In this document: piece after piece, positions 18,570 to 32,548 of the stretch
Numbering within the stretch: the stretch's first letter is position 1
Layout: each line of letters starts with the position of its first letter
NCBI GenBank assembly: GCA_964658305.1
Contig: OZ210884.1
Span: 1-64,000, forward strand
Source of the DNA: Leptogorgia sarmentosa
Lineage: Eukaryota
Length of the DNA: 64,000 nucleotides
Direction of reading: 5' to 3'
The notes under the pieces: model-generated
Told to the model about the DNA's origin: nothing
Seen by the model: only the letters and a program-made list of their open reading frames with translations
The model's database searches: none
Position numbers and translations under genes: made by a program

Positions 18570-21500
18570 ATCATGATTATGATTAACGATCACGATTATG
18601 ATTAACGATCATGAATATGATTAACGATCATGATTATGATTAACGATCCTGATTACGATTAACGATCATGATTATGATTGACGATGATGATTGACTATCA
18701 GGAATTCGATTTACGATTATGATTATGATTAACGATCATGATTATGATTAACGATCATGAATATGATTAACGAACATGATTATGATTAACGATGATGATT
18801 GACGATCATGAATTTGATTAACGATCATGATTTTTATTAAAGATTATGATCATGATTAATGATCATGTTTGTGATTAACGATCATGATTATGATTAACTA
18901 TCATGATTATGATTAGCGGTCATGATTATGATTGACGATCATGATTATGATTAACGATCATGAATATGATTAAGGATCATGATTATGATTAGCGGTCATG
19001 ATTACGATTAACGATCATGATTATGATTAAGGAACATGATTGACGAGCATGAATTTGATTAATTATCATAATTATGATTAGCGGTCATGATTATGATTGA
19101 CCATCATGATTATGATTAACGATCATGAATATGATTAACCATTATGATTATGATTAGCGGTCATGATTATGATTGTCGATCATGATTATGATTAACGATC
19201 ATGAATATGACTAACGATCATGATTATGATTAACGATCATGATTGACGATCATGATTATGATTAACGATCATGATGAAAATTGACGAACATGATTATGAT
19301 TAACGATCATGAATATGATTAACGATCATGATTATGATTAACGATCATGATTGACGATCATGATTATGATTAACGATCATGATGATGATTGACGATCATG
19401 ATTATGATTAACGATCATAAATATGATTAACGATCATGATTGACGATCATGATTATGATTAACGATCATGATTTTGATTAGCGGTCATGATTATGATTGA
19501 CGATCATGATTATGATTAACGATCATGAATCTGATTAAGGATCATGATTATGATTAGCGGTCATGATTTTGATTAACGGTCATGATTATGATTAACTTTC
19601 ATGATTATGATTAACGATCATGATTATGATTAACGATCATGAATATGATTAACGATCATCATTACGATTAACGATCATGATTATGATTGACGATGATGAT
19701 TGACTATCAGGAACTTGATTTACGATCATGATTATGATTAACGATCATGACCATGATTAACGATCATGATTATGATTAACGATCAAGATTATGAGTAACG
19801 ATGATGATTGACGATCATGAATTTGATTAATTATCATGATTATGATTAGCGGTCATGATTATGATTGACGATCATGATTATGATTAACGATGATGATTAT
19901 GATTAACGATCATGAATATGATTAACGATCATGATTATGATTAACGATCATGATTGACGATCATGATTATGATTAACGATCATGATGATGATTGACGCTC
20001 ATGATTATGATTAACGATCATGAATATGATTAACGATCATGATTGACGATCATGATTATGATTAACGATCATGATTATGATTAGCGGTCATGATTATGAT
20101 TGTCGATCATGATTAAGATTAACGATCATGAATATGATTAACGATCATGATTATGATTAACGATCATGATTGACGACCATGATTATGATTAACGATCATG
20201 AATATGATTAACGATCATGATTATGATTATCGGTCATGATTATCATTGACGATCATGATTATGATTAACGATCATGAATATGATTAACGATCATGATTAT
20301 GATTAACGATCATGATTGACGATCATGATTATGATTAAATATCATGATTATGATTAGCGGTCATGATTATGATTGACGATCATGATTATGATTAACGATC
20401 ATGAATATGATTAACGATCATGATTATGAATAACGATCATGATTACGATTAACGATCATGATTATGATTAACGAACATGATTATGATTAACGATGATGAT
20501 TGACGATCATGAATTTGATTAACGATCATGATTATGATTAACGATCATGAATATGATTAACGATCATGATTACGATTAGCGGTCCTGATTATGATTGACG
20601 ATCATGATTATTATTAACGATCATGAATATGATTAACGATCATGATCATGATTAACGATCATGATTATGATTAACGATCATGATTATGATTAAGGATTAT
20701 GATAGATGATCATGAATTTCAATAACGATGATGATTACGATTAACGATCATGAATATGATTAAAGATGATGATTATGATTAACGATCATGATTGACGATC
20801 ATGATCATGATTAACGAACATGATTAACGATCATACTAACGATCATATTAACGATCATGATTATGATTAACGATCATGATTTTGATTAACGATCATGATT
20901 ATGATTAAAGATCATGATTAACGGTCATCATTATGATTAACGATCATGATCAACGATCATGATTATGATTACGATTATGATTAACGATATCGAGTGACGA
21001 TAATGATTATGATTAACCATCATAATTAACGATCATCATTATGATTGGCGGTCATGATTATGATTAAAGATCATGAATATATTTGACGATAATGGTTATG
21101 ATTAACGATCATGATTATGATTGACGACCATGATTATGATTAACGATCATGATTATGATTCAAGATTATGATCATGATTAATGATCATGATTGTGATTAA
21201 CGATCATGATTATGATTGACTTCCATGATTATGATTAGCGGTCATGATTGTGATTGACGATCATGATTATGATTAACGATCATGAATATGATTAAAGATC
21301 ATGATTATGATTAGCGGTCATGATTAAGATTAACGATCATGATTATGATTAAGGATCATGATTATGATTAACGATCACGATTATGATTAACGATCATGAA
21401 TATGATTAACGATCATGATTATGATTAACGATCCTGATTACGATTAACGATCATGATTATGATTGACGATGATGATTGACTATCAGGAATTCGATTTACG

Positions 21501-24135
21501 ATTATGATTATGATTAACGATCATGATTATGATTAACGATCATGAATATGATTAACGAACATGATTATGATTAACGATGATGATTGACGATCATGAATTT
21601 GATTAACGATCATGATTTTTATTAAAGATTACGATCATGATTAATGATCATGTTTGTGATTAACGATCATGATTATGATTAACTATCATGATTATGATTA
21701 GCGGTCATGATTATGATTGACGATCATGATTATGATTAACGATCATGAATATGATTAAGGATCATGATTATGATTAGCGGTCATGATTACGATTAACGAT
21801 CATGATTATGATTAAGGAACATGATTGACGAGCATGAATTTGATTAATTATCATAATTATGATTAGCGGTCATGATTATGATTGACCATCATGATTATGA
21901 TTAACGATCATGAATATGATTAACCATTATGATTATGATTAGCGGTCATGATTATGATTGTCGATCATGATTATGATTAACGATCATGAATATGACTAAC
22001 GATCATGATTATGATTAACGATCATGATTGACGATCATGATTATGATTAACGATCATGATGAAAATTGACGAACATGATTATGATTAACGATCATGAATA
22101 TGATTAACGATCATGATTATGATTAACGATCATGATTGACGATCATGATTATGATTAACGATCATGATGATGATTGACGATCATGATTATGATTAACGAT
22201 CATAAATATGATTAACGATCATGATTGACGATCATGATTATGATTAACGATCATGATTTTGATTAGCGGTCATGATTATGATTGACGATCATGATTATGA
22301 TTAACGATCATGAATCTGATTAAGGATCATGATTATGATTAGCGGTCATGATTTTGATTAACGGTCATGATTATGATTAACTTTCATGATTATGATTAAC
22401 GATCATGATTATGATTAACGATCATGAATATGTTTAAAGATCATCATTACGATTAACGATCATGATTATGATTGACGATGATGATTGACTATCAGGAACT
22501 TGATTTACGATCATGATTATGATTAACGATCATGACCATGATTAACGATCATGATTATGATTAACGATCAAGATTATGAGTAACGATGATGATTGACGAT
22601 CATGAATTTGATTAATTATCATGATTATGATTAGCGGTCATGATTATGATTGACGATCATGATTATGATTAACGATGATGATTATGATTAACGATCATGA
22701 ATATGATTAACGATCATGATTATGATTAACGATCATGATTGACGATCATGATTATGATTAACGATCATGATGATGATTGACGCTCATGATTATGATTAAC
22801 GATCATGAATATGATTAACGATCATGATTGACGATCATGATTATGATTAACGATCATGATTATGATTAGCGGTCATGATTATGATTGTCGATCATGATTA
22901 AGATTAACGATCATGAATATGATTAACGATCATGATTATGATTAACGATCATGATTGACGATCATGATTATGATTAACGATCATGAATATGATTAACGAT
23001 CATGATTATGATTATCGGTCATGATTATCATTGACGATCATGATTATGATTAACGATCATGAATATGATTAACGATCATGATTATGATTAACGATCATGA
23101 TTGACGATCATGATTATGATTAAATATCATGATTATGATTAGCGGTCATGATTATGATTGACGATCATGATTATGATTAACGATCATGAATATGATTAAC
23201 GATCATGATTATGAATAACGATCATGATTACGATTAACGATCATGATTATGATTAACGAACATGATTATGATTAACGATGATGATTGACGATCATGAATT
23301 TGATTAACGATCATGATTATGATTAACGATCATGAATATGATTAACGATCATGATTACGATTAGCGGTCCTGATTATGATTGACGATCATGATTATTATT
23401 AACGATCATGAATATGATTAACGATCATGATCATGATTAACGATCATGATTATGATTAACGATCATGATTATGATTAAGGATTATGATAGATGATCATGA
23501 ATTTCAATAACGATGATGATTACGATTAACGATCATGAATATGATTAAAGATGATGATTATGATTAACGATCATGATTGACGATCATGATCATGATTAAC
23601 GAACATGATTAACGATCATATTAACGATCATATTAACGATCATGATTATGATTAACGATCATGATTTTGATTAACGATCATGATTATGATTAAAGATCAT
23701 GATTAACGGTCATCATTATGATTAACGATCATGATCAACGATCATGATTATGATTACGATTATGATTAACGATATCGAGTGACGATAATGATTATGATTA
23801 ACCATCATAATTAACGATCATCATTATGATTGGCGGTCATGATTATGATTAAAGATCATGAATATATTTGACGATAATGGTTATGATTAACGATCATGAT
23901 TATGATTGACGACCATGATTATGATTAACGATCATGATTATGATTCAAGATTATGATCATGATTAATGATCATGATTGTGATTAACGATCATGATTATGA
24001 TTGACTTCCATGATTATGATTAGCGGTCATGATTGTGATTGACGATCATGATTATGATTAACGATCATGAATATGATTAAAGATCATGATTATGATTAGC
24101 GGTCATGATTAAGATTAACGATCATGATTATGATT
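18570..24135 (+). repeat. Near-identical tandem duplication (higher-order repeat) with a ~2785-bp period inside the satellite; boundaries approximate
   Basis: Rare variants recur at a fixed offset: GACGAGC at 19042 and 21827; GATATCGAGTG at 20986 and 23771 (both +2785). Confidence 0.85.
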
Positions 24136-27100
24136 AAGGATTATGATAGATGTTCATGAATTTCAATAACGATGATGATTATGATTAACGATCATGAATA
24201 TGATTAAAGATGATGATTATGATTAACGATCATGATTGACGATCATGATCATGATTAACGAACATGATTAACGATCATATTAACGATCATATTAACGATC
24301 ATGATTATGATTAACGATCATGATTTTTATTAACGATCATGATTATGATTGACGATGATGATTGACTATCAGGAATTTGATTTACGATCATGATTATGAT
24401 TAACGATCATGACCATGATTAACGATGATGATTATGATTAACGATCTTGATTATGATTAACGATGATGATTGACGATCATGAATTTGATTAATTATCATG
24501 ATTATGATTAGCGGTCATGATCATGATTGACGATCATGATTATGCTAAGCGGTCATGATTATGATTGTCGATCATGATTATGATTAACGATCACGATTAT
24601 GATTAACGTTCATGATTATGATTAACGATCATGATTGACGATCATGATTAAGATTAACGATCATGATGATGATTGACGATCATGATTATGATTAACGATC
24701 ATGATTATGATTAGCGGTCATGATTATGATTGACGATCATGATTATGATTAACGATCATGAATATGATTAAGGATCATGATTATGATTAGCGGTCATGAT
24801 TTTGATTAACGGTCATGACTATGATTAACGATCATGATTATGAATAATGATCATGATTATGATTAACGATCATGAATATGATTAACGATCATGATTATGA
24901 TTAACGATCATGATTACGATTAACGATCATGATTATGATTGACGATGATGATGGACTATCAGGAATTTGATTTACGATCATGATTATGATTAACGATCAT
25001 GACCATGATTAACGATCATGATTATGATTAACGATCATGATTATGAGTAACGATGATGATTGACGATCATGAATTTGATTAATTATCATGATTATGATTC
25101 GCGGTCATGATTATGATTGACGATCATGATTATGATTAACGAAAATGAATATGATTAACGATCATGATTATGATTAACGATCATGATTGACGATCATGAT
25201 TATGATTAACGATCATGATGATGATTGACGATCATGATTATGATTAACGATCATGAATTTGATTAACGATAATGATTGACGATCATGATTATGATTAACG
25301 ATCATGATTATGATTAGCGATCATGATTATGATTGTCGATCATGATTATGATTGACGATCATGAATATGATTAACGATCATGATTATGATTAACGATCAT
25401 GATTGACGATCATGATTATGATTAACGATCATGATGATGATTGACGATCATGATTATGATTAACGATCATGATGATGATTGACGATCATGATTATGATTA
25501 ACGATCATGAATATGATTGACGATCATGATTGACGATCATAATTATGATTAACGATCATGATTATGATTAGCGGTCATGATTATGATTGACGATCATGAT
25601 TATGATTAACGGTCATGAATATGATTAAGGATCATGATTATGATTAGCGGTCATGATTTTGATTAACGGTCATGACTATGATTAACGATCATGATTATGA
25701 ATAACGATCATGATTATGATTAACGATCATGAATATGATTAACGATCATGATTATGATTAACGATCATGATTACGATTAACGATCATGATTATGATTGAC
25801 GATGATGATTGACTATCAGGAATTTGATTTACGATCATGATTATGATTAACGATCATGACCATGATTAACGATCATGATTATGATTAACGATCATGATTA
25901 TGAGTAACGATGATGATTGACGATCATGAATTTGATTAATTATCATGATTATGATTCGCGGTCATGATTATGATTGACGATCATGATTATGATTAACGAA
26001 AATGAATATGATTAACGATCATGATTATGATTAACGATCATGATTGACGATCATGATTATGTTTACCAATCATGATGATGATTGACGATCATGATTATGA
26101 TTAACGATCATGAATATGATTAACGATCATGATTGACGATCATGATTATGATTAACGATCATGATTATGATTAGCGATCATGATTATGATTGTCGATCAT
26201 GATTATGATTAACGATCATGAATATGATTAACGATCATGATTATGATTAACGATCATGATTGACGATCATGATTATGATTAACGATCATGATGATGATTG
26301 ACGATCATGATTATGATTAACGATCATGAATATGATTAACGATCATGAATATAATTAACGATCATGATTATAATTAACGATCATGATTACGATTAACGAT
26401 CATGATTATGATTGACGATGATGATTATGATTGACGATCATGATTATGATTAACGATCATGATTATGATTGACGATCATGATTATGATTAACGATCATGA
26501 TTATGATTAACGATCATGAATATGATTAACGATCATGATTATGATTAACGATCATGATTATGATTAGCGGTCATGATTATGATTGACGATCATGATTATG
26601 ATTAGCGGTCATGATTATGATTGTCGATGATGATTATGATTAACGATCATGAATATGATTAACGATCATGATTATGATTAACGATCATGAATATGATTAA
26701 CGATCATGATCATGATTAACGATCATGATTACGATTAACGATCATGATTATGATTGACGATGATGATTGACTATCAGGAATTTGATTTACGATCATGATT
26801 ATGATTAACGATCATGACCATGATTAACGATGATGATTATGATTAACGATCTTGATTATGATTAACGATGATGATTGACGATCATGAATTTGATTAATTA
26901 TCATGATTATGATTAGCGGTCATGATTATGATTGAGGATCATGATTATGATTAGCGGTCATGATTATGATTGTCGATCATGATTATGATTAACGATCATG
27001 AATATGATTAACGATCATGATTGACGATCATGATTATGATTAACGATCATGATTATGATTAGCAGTCATGATTATGATTAACGATCATGATTATGATTAA

Positions 27101-30100
27101 CGATCATGATTGTGATTAACGATCATGACCATGATTAACGATGATGATTATGATTAACGATTTTGATTATGATTAACGATGATGATTGACGATCATGAAT
27201 TTGATTAATTATCATGATTATGATTAGCGGTCATGATTATGATTGAGGATCATGATTATGATTAGCGGTCATGATTATGATTGTCGATCATGATTATGAT
27301 TAACGATCATGAATATGATTAACGATCATGATTGACGATCATGATTATGATTAACGATCATGATTATGATTAGCAGTCATGATTATGATTAACGATCATG
27401 ATTATGATTAACGATCATGATTGTGATTAACGATCATGAATATGATTAACGATAATGATTATGATTAACGATCATGATTGACGATCATGATTATGATTAA
27501 CGATCATGATGATGATTGACGATCATGATTATGATTAACGAGGATGATTATGATTAGCGGTCATGATTATGATTGACGATCATGATTATGATTAACGATC
27601 ATGAATATGATAAAGGATCATGATTATGATTAGCGGTCATGATTTTGATTAACGGTCATGATTATGATTAATGATCATGATTATGATTAACGATCATGAA
27701 TATGATTAAGGATCATGATTATGATTAGCGGTCATGATTTTGATTAACGGTCATGATTATGATTAACGATCATGATTGTGATTAACGATCATGACCATGA
27801 TTAACGATGATGATTATGATTAACGATTTTGATTATGATTAACGATGATGATTGACGATCATGAATTTGATTAATTATCATGATTATGATTAGCGGTCAT
27901 GATTATGATTGAGGATCATGATTATGATTAACGATCATGATTGTGATTAACGATCATGAATATGATTAACGATGATGATTATGATTAACGATCATGATTG
28001 ACGATCATGATTATGATTAACGATCATGATGATGATTGACGATCATGATTATGATTAACGAGGATGATTATGATTAGCGGTCATGATTATGATTGACGAT
28101 CATGATTATGATTAACGATCATGAATATGATTAAGGATCATGATTATGATTAGCGGTCATGATTTTGATTAACGGTCATGATTATGATTAATGATCATGA
28201 TTATGATTAACGATCATGATTATGATTAACGATCATGAATATGATTAACGATCATGATTATGATTAACGATCATGATTATGATTAGCGGTCATCATTATG
28301 ATTGACGATCATGATTATGATTAGCGGTCATGATTATGATTGTCGATCATGATTATGATTAACGATCATGAATATGATTAAGGATCATGATCATGATTAA
28401 CGATCATGAATATGATTAACGATCATGATCATGATTAACGATCATGATTACGATTAACGATCATGATTATTATTGACGATGATGATTGACTATCAGGAAT
28501 TTGATTTACGATCATGATTATGATTAACGATCATGACCATGATTAACGATGATGATTATGATTAACGATCTTGATTATGATTAACGATGATGATTGACGA
28601 TCATGAATTTGATTAATTATCATGATTATGATTAGCGGTCATGATTATGATTGACGATCATGATTATGATTAGCGTTCATGATTATGATTGTCGATCATG
28701 ATTATGATTAACGATCATGAATATGATTAACGATCATGATTGACGATCATGATTATGATTAACGATCATGATTATGATTAGCGGTCATGATTATGATTGA
28801 CGATCATGATTATGATTAACGATCATGTATATGATAAAGGATCATGATTATGATTAGCGGTCATGATTTTGATTAACGGTCATGATTATGATTAACGATC
28901 ATGATTATGATTAACGATCATGATTATGATTAACGATCATGAATATGATCAACGATCATGATTATGATTAACGATCATGATTGACGATCATGATTATGAT
29001 TAACGATCATGATGATGATTGACGATCATGATTATGATTAACGATCATGATGATGATTAGCGGTCATGATTATGATTGACGATCATGATTGTGATTAACG
29101 ATCATGATTATGATTAACGATCATGAATATGATTAACGATCATGATTATGATTAACGATCATGATTACGATTAACGATCATGATTATGATTGACGATGAT
29201 GATTGACTATCAGGAATATGATTTACGATCATGATTATGATTAACGATCATGACCATGATTAACGATCATGATTATGATTAACGATCATGATTATGAGTA
29301 ACGATGATGATTGACGACCATGAATTTGATTAATTATCATGATTATGATTAGCGGTCATGATTATGATTGAGGATCATGATTATGATTAGCGGTCATGAT
29401 TATGATTGTCGATCATGATTATGATTAACGATCATGATTATGATTGACGACCATGATTATTATTAACGATCATGATTATGATTGAAGATTATGATCATGA
29501 TTAATGATCATGATTGTGATTAACGATCATGATTATGATTGACTATCATGATTATGATTAGCGGTCATGATTATGATTGACGATCATGATTATGATTAAC
29601 GATCATGAATATGATTAAGGATCATGATTATGATTAGCGGTCATGATTATGATTAACGATCATGATTATGATTAACGATCATGATTATGATTAGCGGTCA
29701 TGATTATGATTGTCGATCATGATTATGATTAACGATCATGAATATGATTAACGATCATGATTACGATTGACGACCATGATTATGATTAACGATCATGAAT
29801 GTGATTAAGGATCATGATTATGATTAGCGGTCATGATTATGATTAAAGATCATGATTATGATTAACGATCATGATTATGATTAACGATGATGATTGACGA
29901 TCATGAATTTGATTAACGATCATGATTATAGTTAAAGATTATGATCATGATTAATGATCATGATTGTGATTGTGATTAACGATCATGATTATGATTAACG
30001 ATCATGATTACGATTAACGATCTTGATTATGATTGACGATGATGATTGACTGACAGGAATTTGATTAACGATCATGATTATAGTTAAAGATCATGATTGA

Positions 30101-30489
30101 CGATCATGATTACGATTAACGAACATGATTATGATTAACGATCATGATTATGATTAACGATCATGATTATGATTAAAGATTATGATCATGATTAATGATC
30201 ATGATCATGACTATGATTAACGATCATGAATATGATTAACGATCATGATTATGATTAACGATCATGATTGACGATCATGATTATGATTAACGAACATGAT
30301 TATGATTAACGATCATGATTATGATTAACGATCATGATTATGATTAACGATCATGATTGACGATCATGATTATGATTAACGAACATGATTATGATTAACG
30401 ATCATGATTATGATTAACGAACATGATTATGATTAACCGCCATGATTATGATTAGCGATCATGATTATGACTAACGATCATGATTATGA

Positions 30490-30493
30490 TTAA
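30490..30493. other. Left TTAA target-site duplication of the Kolobok element
   Basis: TTAA of a satellite monomer lies immediately before the left TIR. Uninterrupted copies of the same variant context have a single TTAA (4846, 12363, 17707, 38161). Confidence 0.95.
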
Positions 30494-30528
30494 AGTGCTA
30501 CTGAAACGAAATTTTCGATCCCTTTTTT
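30494..30528 (+). repeat. Left terminal inverted repeat (35 bp)
   Basis: AGTGCTACTGAAACGAAATTTTCGATCCCTTTTTT; 34/35 identical to the reverse complement of 32514-32548. Confidence 0.96.
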
Positions 30529-30627
30529 TTCCGCTTTAAACAATATTTAGGATTTTAGATGAATTTTGATATATAAATGAGCACTGTACGTTGACTGCAA
30601 GATAACTAATTTTGCCCTCAAAGTGCG

Positions 30628-30688
30628 ACTTCGCATCCGAACTTGTTGATCCGCCATATTGGCGCGTGTGACGTCATAAGATGAACAC
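30628..30688 (+). promoter_or_regulatory. Left subterminal inverted module: TCCGAACTT, YY1-like CGCCATATT and a 24-mer containing the CRE TGACGTCA; putative promoter or transposase-binding site
   Basis: CGTGTGACGTCATAAGATGAACAC (30665-30688) is a perfect inverted copy of 32345-32368. TCCGAACTT (30636-30644) and CGCCATNTT (30652-30660) are also mirrored. Function is inferred. Confidence 0.6.
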
Positions 30689-30823
30689 GTCTCGAAGCTT
30701 TCTCTGTAGATTCTATTGCGCTTGCGGTATTGTCCGTGATCTTTTCTCGATTTTTTTGGGAATGTAAAAGTTTTCTGAACTTAAGATAAAAGTTATATAA
30801 TTGTAAGAATATACAGAGCAAAA

Positions 30824-31068
30824 ATGTCCAGTAATGAGCGAAATAGCAGTGTCGGCTCACCAGAAAACGGCAAAACACTTCGTCGGATTTAGATGGCGGT
30901 AATAAAGCACATCTGGGTCTCTTTGCACGTAGCATCGCACAAGTATATCTAAGATGACGAACCTTTGCAAGAACCAGGGGGAAATATAAAAGTTGTAGAA
31001 GATCCTGATGGTATATTGCTGTGAACATTGGAAGCTAGAAGCGACGGCACAGTCACTATTGAAGAGTG
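30824..31068 (+). pseudogene. KolX-like gene remnant, 5' exon (frameshifts and an in-frame stop)
   Basis: Candidate ATG at 30824. The frame from 30953 reads DDEPLQEPGGNIKVVEDPDGILL*TLEARSDGTVTIEEW and ends TG|GTACGT, a splice donor at 31069. It resembles, from recall, the acidic segment and Trp that precede the Cys cluster of invertebrate P2X7-C-terminal-like/KolX proteins. Confidence 0.6.
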
Positions 31069-31355
31069 GTACGTTCTCCTTATTTGCGTTGTTTATGTTA
31101 ATGTAATATGCTTAGTAAGCCCAACATGACAAGCAGATTATTTATTGCGCATTTGTCTCAGTCTTCTAAGGATAGTTTGAACTCAGTAATATTCTTTTTG
31201 TTACTGGAACAGGCCCAAGACTAAAGCTTTATTGGATGATTCATAACTCATATTATATACATATCACATACCAATTTCATGGATATACATAATAGATATC
31301 ACATACCAATTGTGCATGAAAATTCTGTACACTAACTCTAACATTATTTTTTAAG

Positions 31356-31512
31356 ATATTTAAGAGCTGTTGCCTACACATGTGGATGAATAAAGTGGAT
31401 GTGTGGCCGGCTGGGATGGGACAACACAAGACCACTTCCAGCCTGTGTTTATAATTTTATCAAGAATAAATATCAAATAGTGGACAATAAAAAGGGTTAT
31501 ATCCGAGCTTAG
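31356..31512 (+). pseudogene. KolX-like gene remnant, 3' exon (P2X7 intracellular 'ballast'-like C-terminal motif)
   Basis: Preceded by CTAAC branch-like motifs, a T tract and AG (31354-31355). Reads YLRAVAYTCG*IKWMCGRLGWDNTRPLPACVYNFIKNKYQIVDNKKGYIRA*, matching the R-x2-AY...W-x2-G-x-LG...R-x-LP-x-C...I...GY pattern of this family. In-frame TGA at 31387-31389. Confidence 0.8.
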
Positions 31513-32078
31513 CAGAGGCAATAATAGTCAATTCAAGTCTTGGCTATGTAATTGCATTGCTGAAATTCTGAAAAATGCTTGATTGTGCATGCCGAGCTGT
31601 TTGATGTTTCTCCTTGTGATATACATTTTGCCAAAATTAGTTTTAGAAACCTGAATTGTTACCAGTGTTAAAGATTTGATGTATATGCACTCATTCATTA
31701 TCACTACATCTTTATTTATCTAAACATTACATATGGCATGCAGCAGAATAACTTCAGATTGTTTGCATACACTTACACTGCAAAAGTATGAACATAAATT
31801 ATCACTAGTTATTTCCAGCAATGTTTATATATTATTTTAGTGTGTTCTAGTAGTTGCTTAGAAGTCGTTACAAACATTTACTATATATTATATGGTAAAA
31901 TAATCTACTGTATATATTATTACTTGTTATTCCATTTATATTTATAAAATATCAATATTGTTTTATTTGCTATATTGCCAGTTTAAATTTGAATAAATGA
32001 ACTATGAAGTTAATTATCACATTTATATACTCATTTATTATGTTTATTCTCTATAATCTTATTCTCTTTAACAAAAAT

Positions 32079-32338
32079 ACGCTTCATGTCGAAGCATGAA
32101 TCATCAAAGCAGGCAGGACAAAGCACTAGCCTGTAGTGGCACTAAAGTCTGGCCGATGTTTGAGGACGGAATTTGCCCACTTTTTTCGGCGCTGCGCGTC
32201 TGTTTCTGCGTTAGGAAACAGATACATGAATATACCTTCTGTGCGCTGATTATTGCCGCAGCTAACTAAGCTAGGACCGCCAGCAACACAACGTTTTCCT
32301 CCACGAACGCGTTTTGCGCTATTAATTCTATACGCCAT
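32079..32338 (-). pseudogene. THAP zinc-finger domain, N-terminal remnant of the Kolobok transposase (frameshifted, truncated)
   Basis: ORF 32126-32338 contains CVAGGPSLVSC...FP...RRKKW...RPDF. After a frameshift at ~32126 another frame continues VLCPACFDDSCFDMKR, a degenerate LCSxHF motif with the His replaced. Similarity then ends in AT-rich sequence. Confidence 0.85.
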
Positions 32339-32344
32339 GAGAAT

Positions 32345-32404
32345 GTGTTCATCTTATGACGTCACACGGCATGAAAATGGCGACGCAAAAGTTCGGACGG
32401 AAGT
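32345..32404 (-). promoter_or_regulatory. Right subterminal inverted module: CRE-containing 24-mer, YY1-like AAAATGGCG, AAGTTCGGA and ETS-like CGGAAGT, directly upstream of the THAP ATG
   Basis: GTGTTCATCTTATGACGTCACACG at 32345-32368, AAAATGGCG at 32374-32382, AAGTTCGGA at 32389-32397 and CGGAAGT at 32398-32404. The THAP start codon (32338, - strand) is only a few bases from the 24-mer. Confidence 0.6.
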
Positions 32405-32513
32405 AGCCCAAAATCGCAAATTTGCAAGGCTGTAAAATCTGTTCAAATGGGCCAATTTGAATTCTGTTTGCAGTTTTGAAATCAGGAGAGAAAGTTCTTT
32501 AGAATAAGACAAT

Positions 32514-32548
32514 AAAAAAGGGGTCGAAAATTTCGTTTCAGTAGCACT
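32514..32548 (-). repeat. Right terminal inverted repeat (35 bp)
   Basis: AAAAAAGGGGTCGAAAATTTCGTTTCAGTAGCACT, the reverse complement of the left TIR with one mismatch. Confidence 0.96.

Larger units (their letters stand above)
1..30493 (+). repeat. Satellite DNA array, forward orientation; 19-bp consensus GATTATGATTAACGATCAT with 13-bp (GATTGACGATCAT) and point variants; continues beyond window start
   Basis: Uninterrupted tandem copies of GATTAT-GATTAAC-GATCAT with recurrent variants (GAATAT, GATTAGCGGTCAT, GATTGTC, CAGGAATTT). No ORFs in the supplied track. Confidence 0.98.
30494..32548. mobile_element. Non-autonomous, internally deleted Kolobok-superfamily DNA transposon (2055 bp)
   Basis: TTAA TSD, 5'-AG...CT-3' termini, 35-bp TIRs with one mismatch, and convergent remnants of a THAP-domain protein and a KolX-like protein. 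TTAA target, RR..YY termini, THAP transposase and KolX together are the described Kolobok signature. No DDE catalytic core is visible. Confidence 0.9.

Noticed and set aside
30618..31028. 136-aa - strand ORF
   Set aside because: Antisense to the KolX-like remnant and runs through the subterminal module; no recognisable motif.
31261..31311. 16-bp direct repeat ATATCACATACCAATT (31261 and 31296)
   Set aside because: Small local duplication in intron-like sequence, possibly a deletion scar; no further structure.
31528..31650. Short - strand open frame (VSKTNFGKMYITRRNIKQLG...) after a TTCAG, considered as a transposase 3' exon
   Set aside because: No recognisable transposase motif; cannot be supported without alignment to an intact copy.
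32253..32435. 60-aa + strand ORF
   Set aside because: Antisense shadow of the THAP remnant and the right module; no motif.
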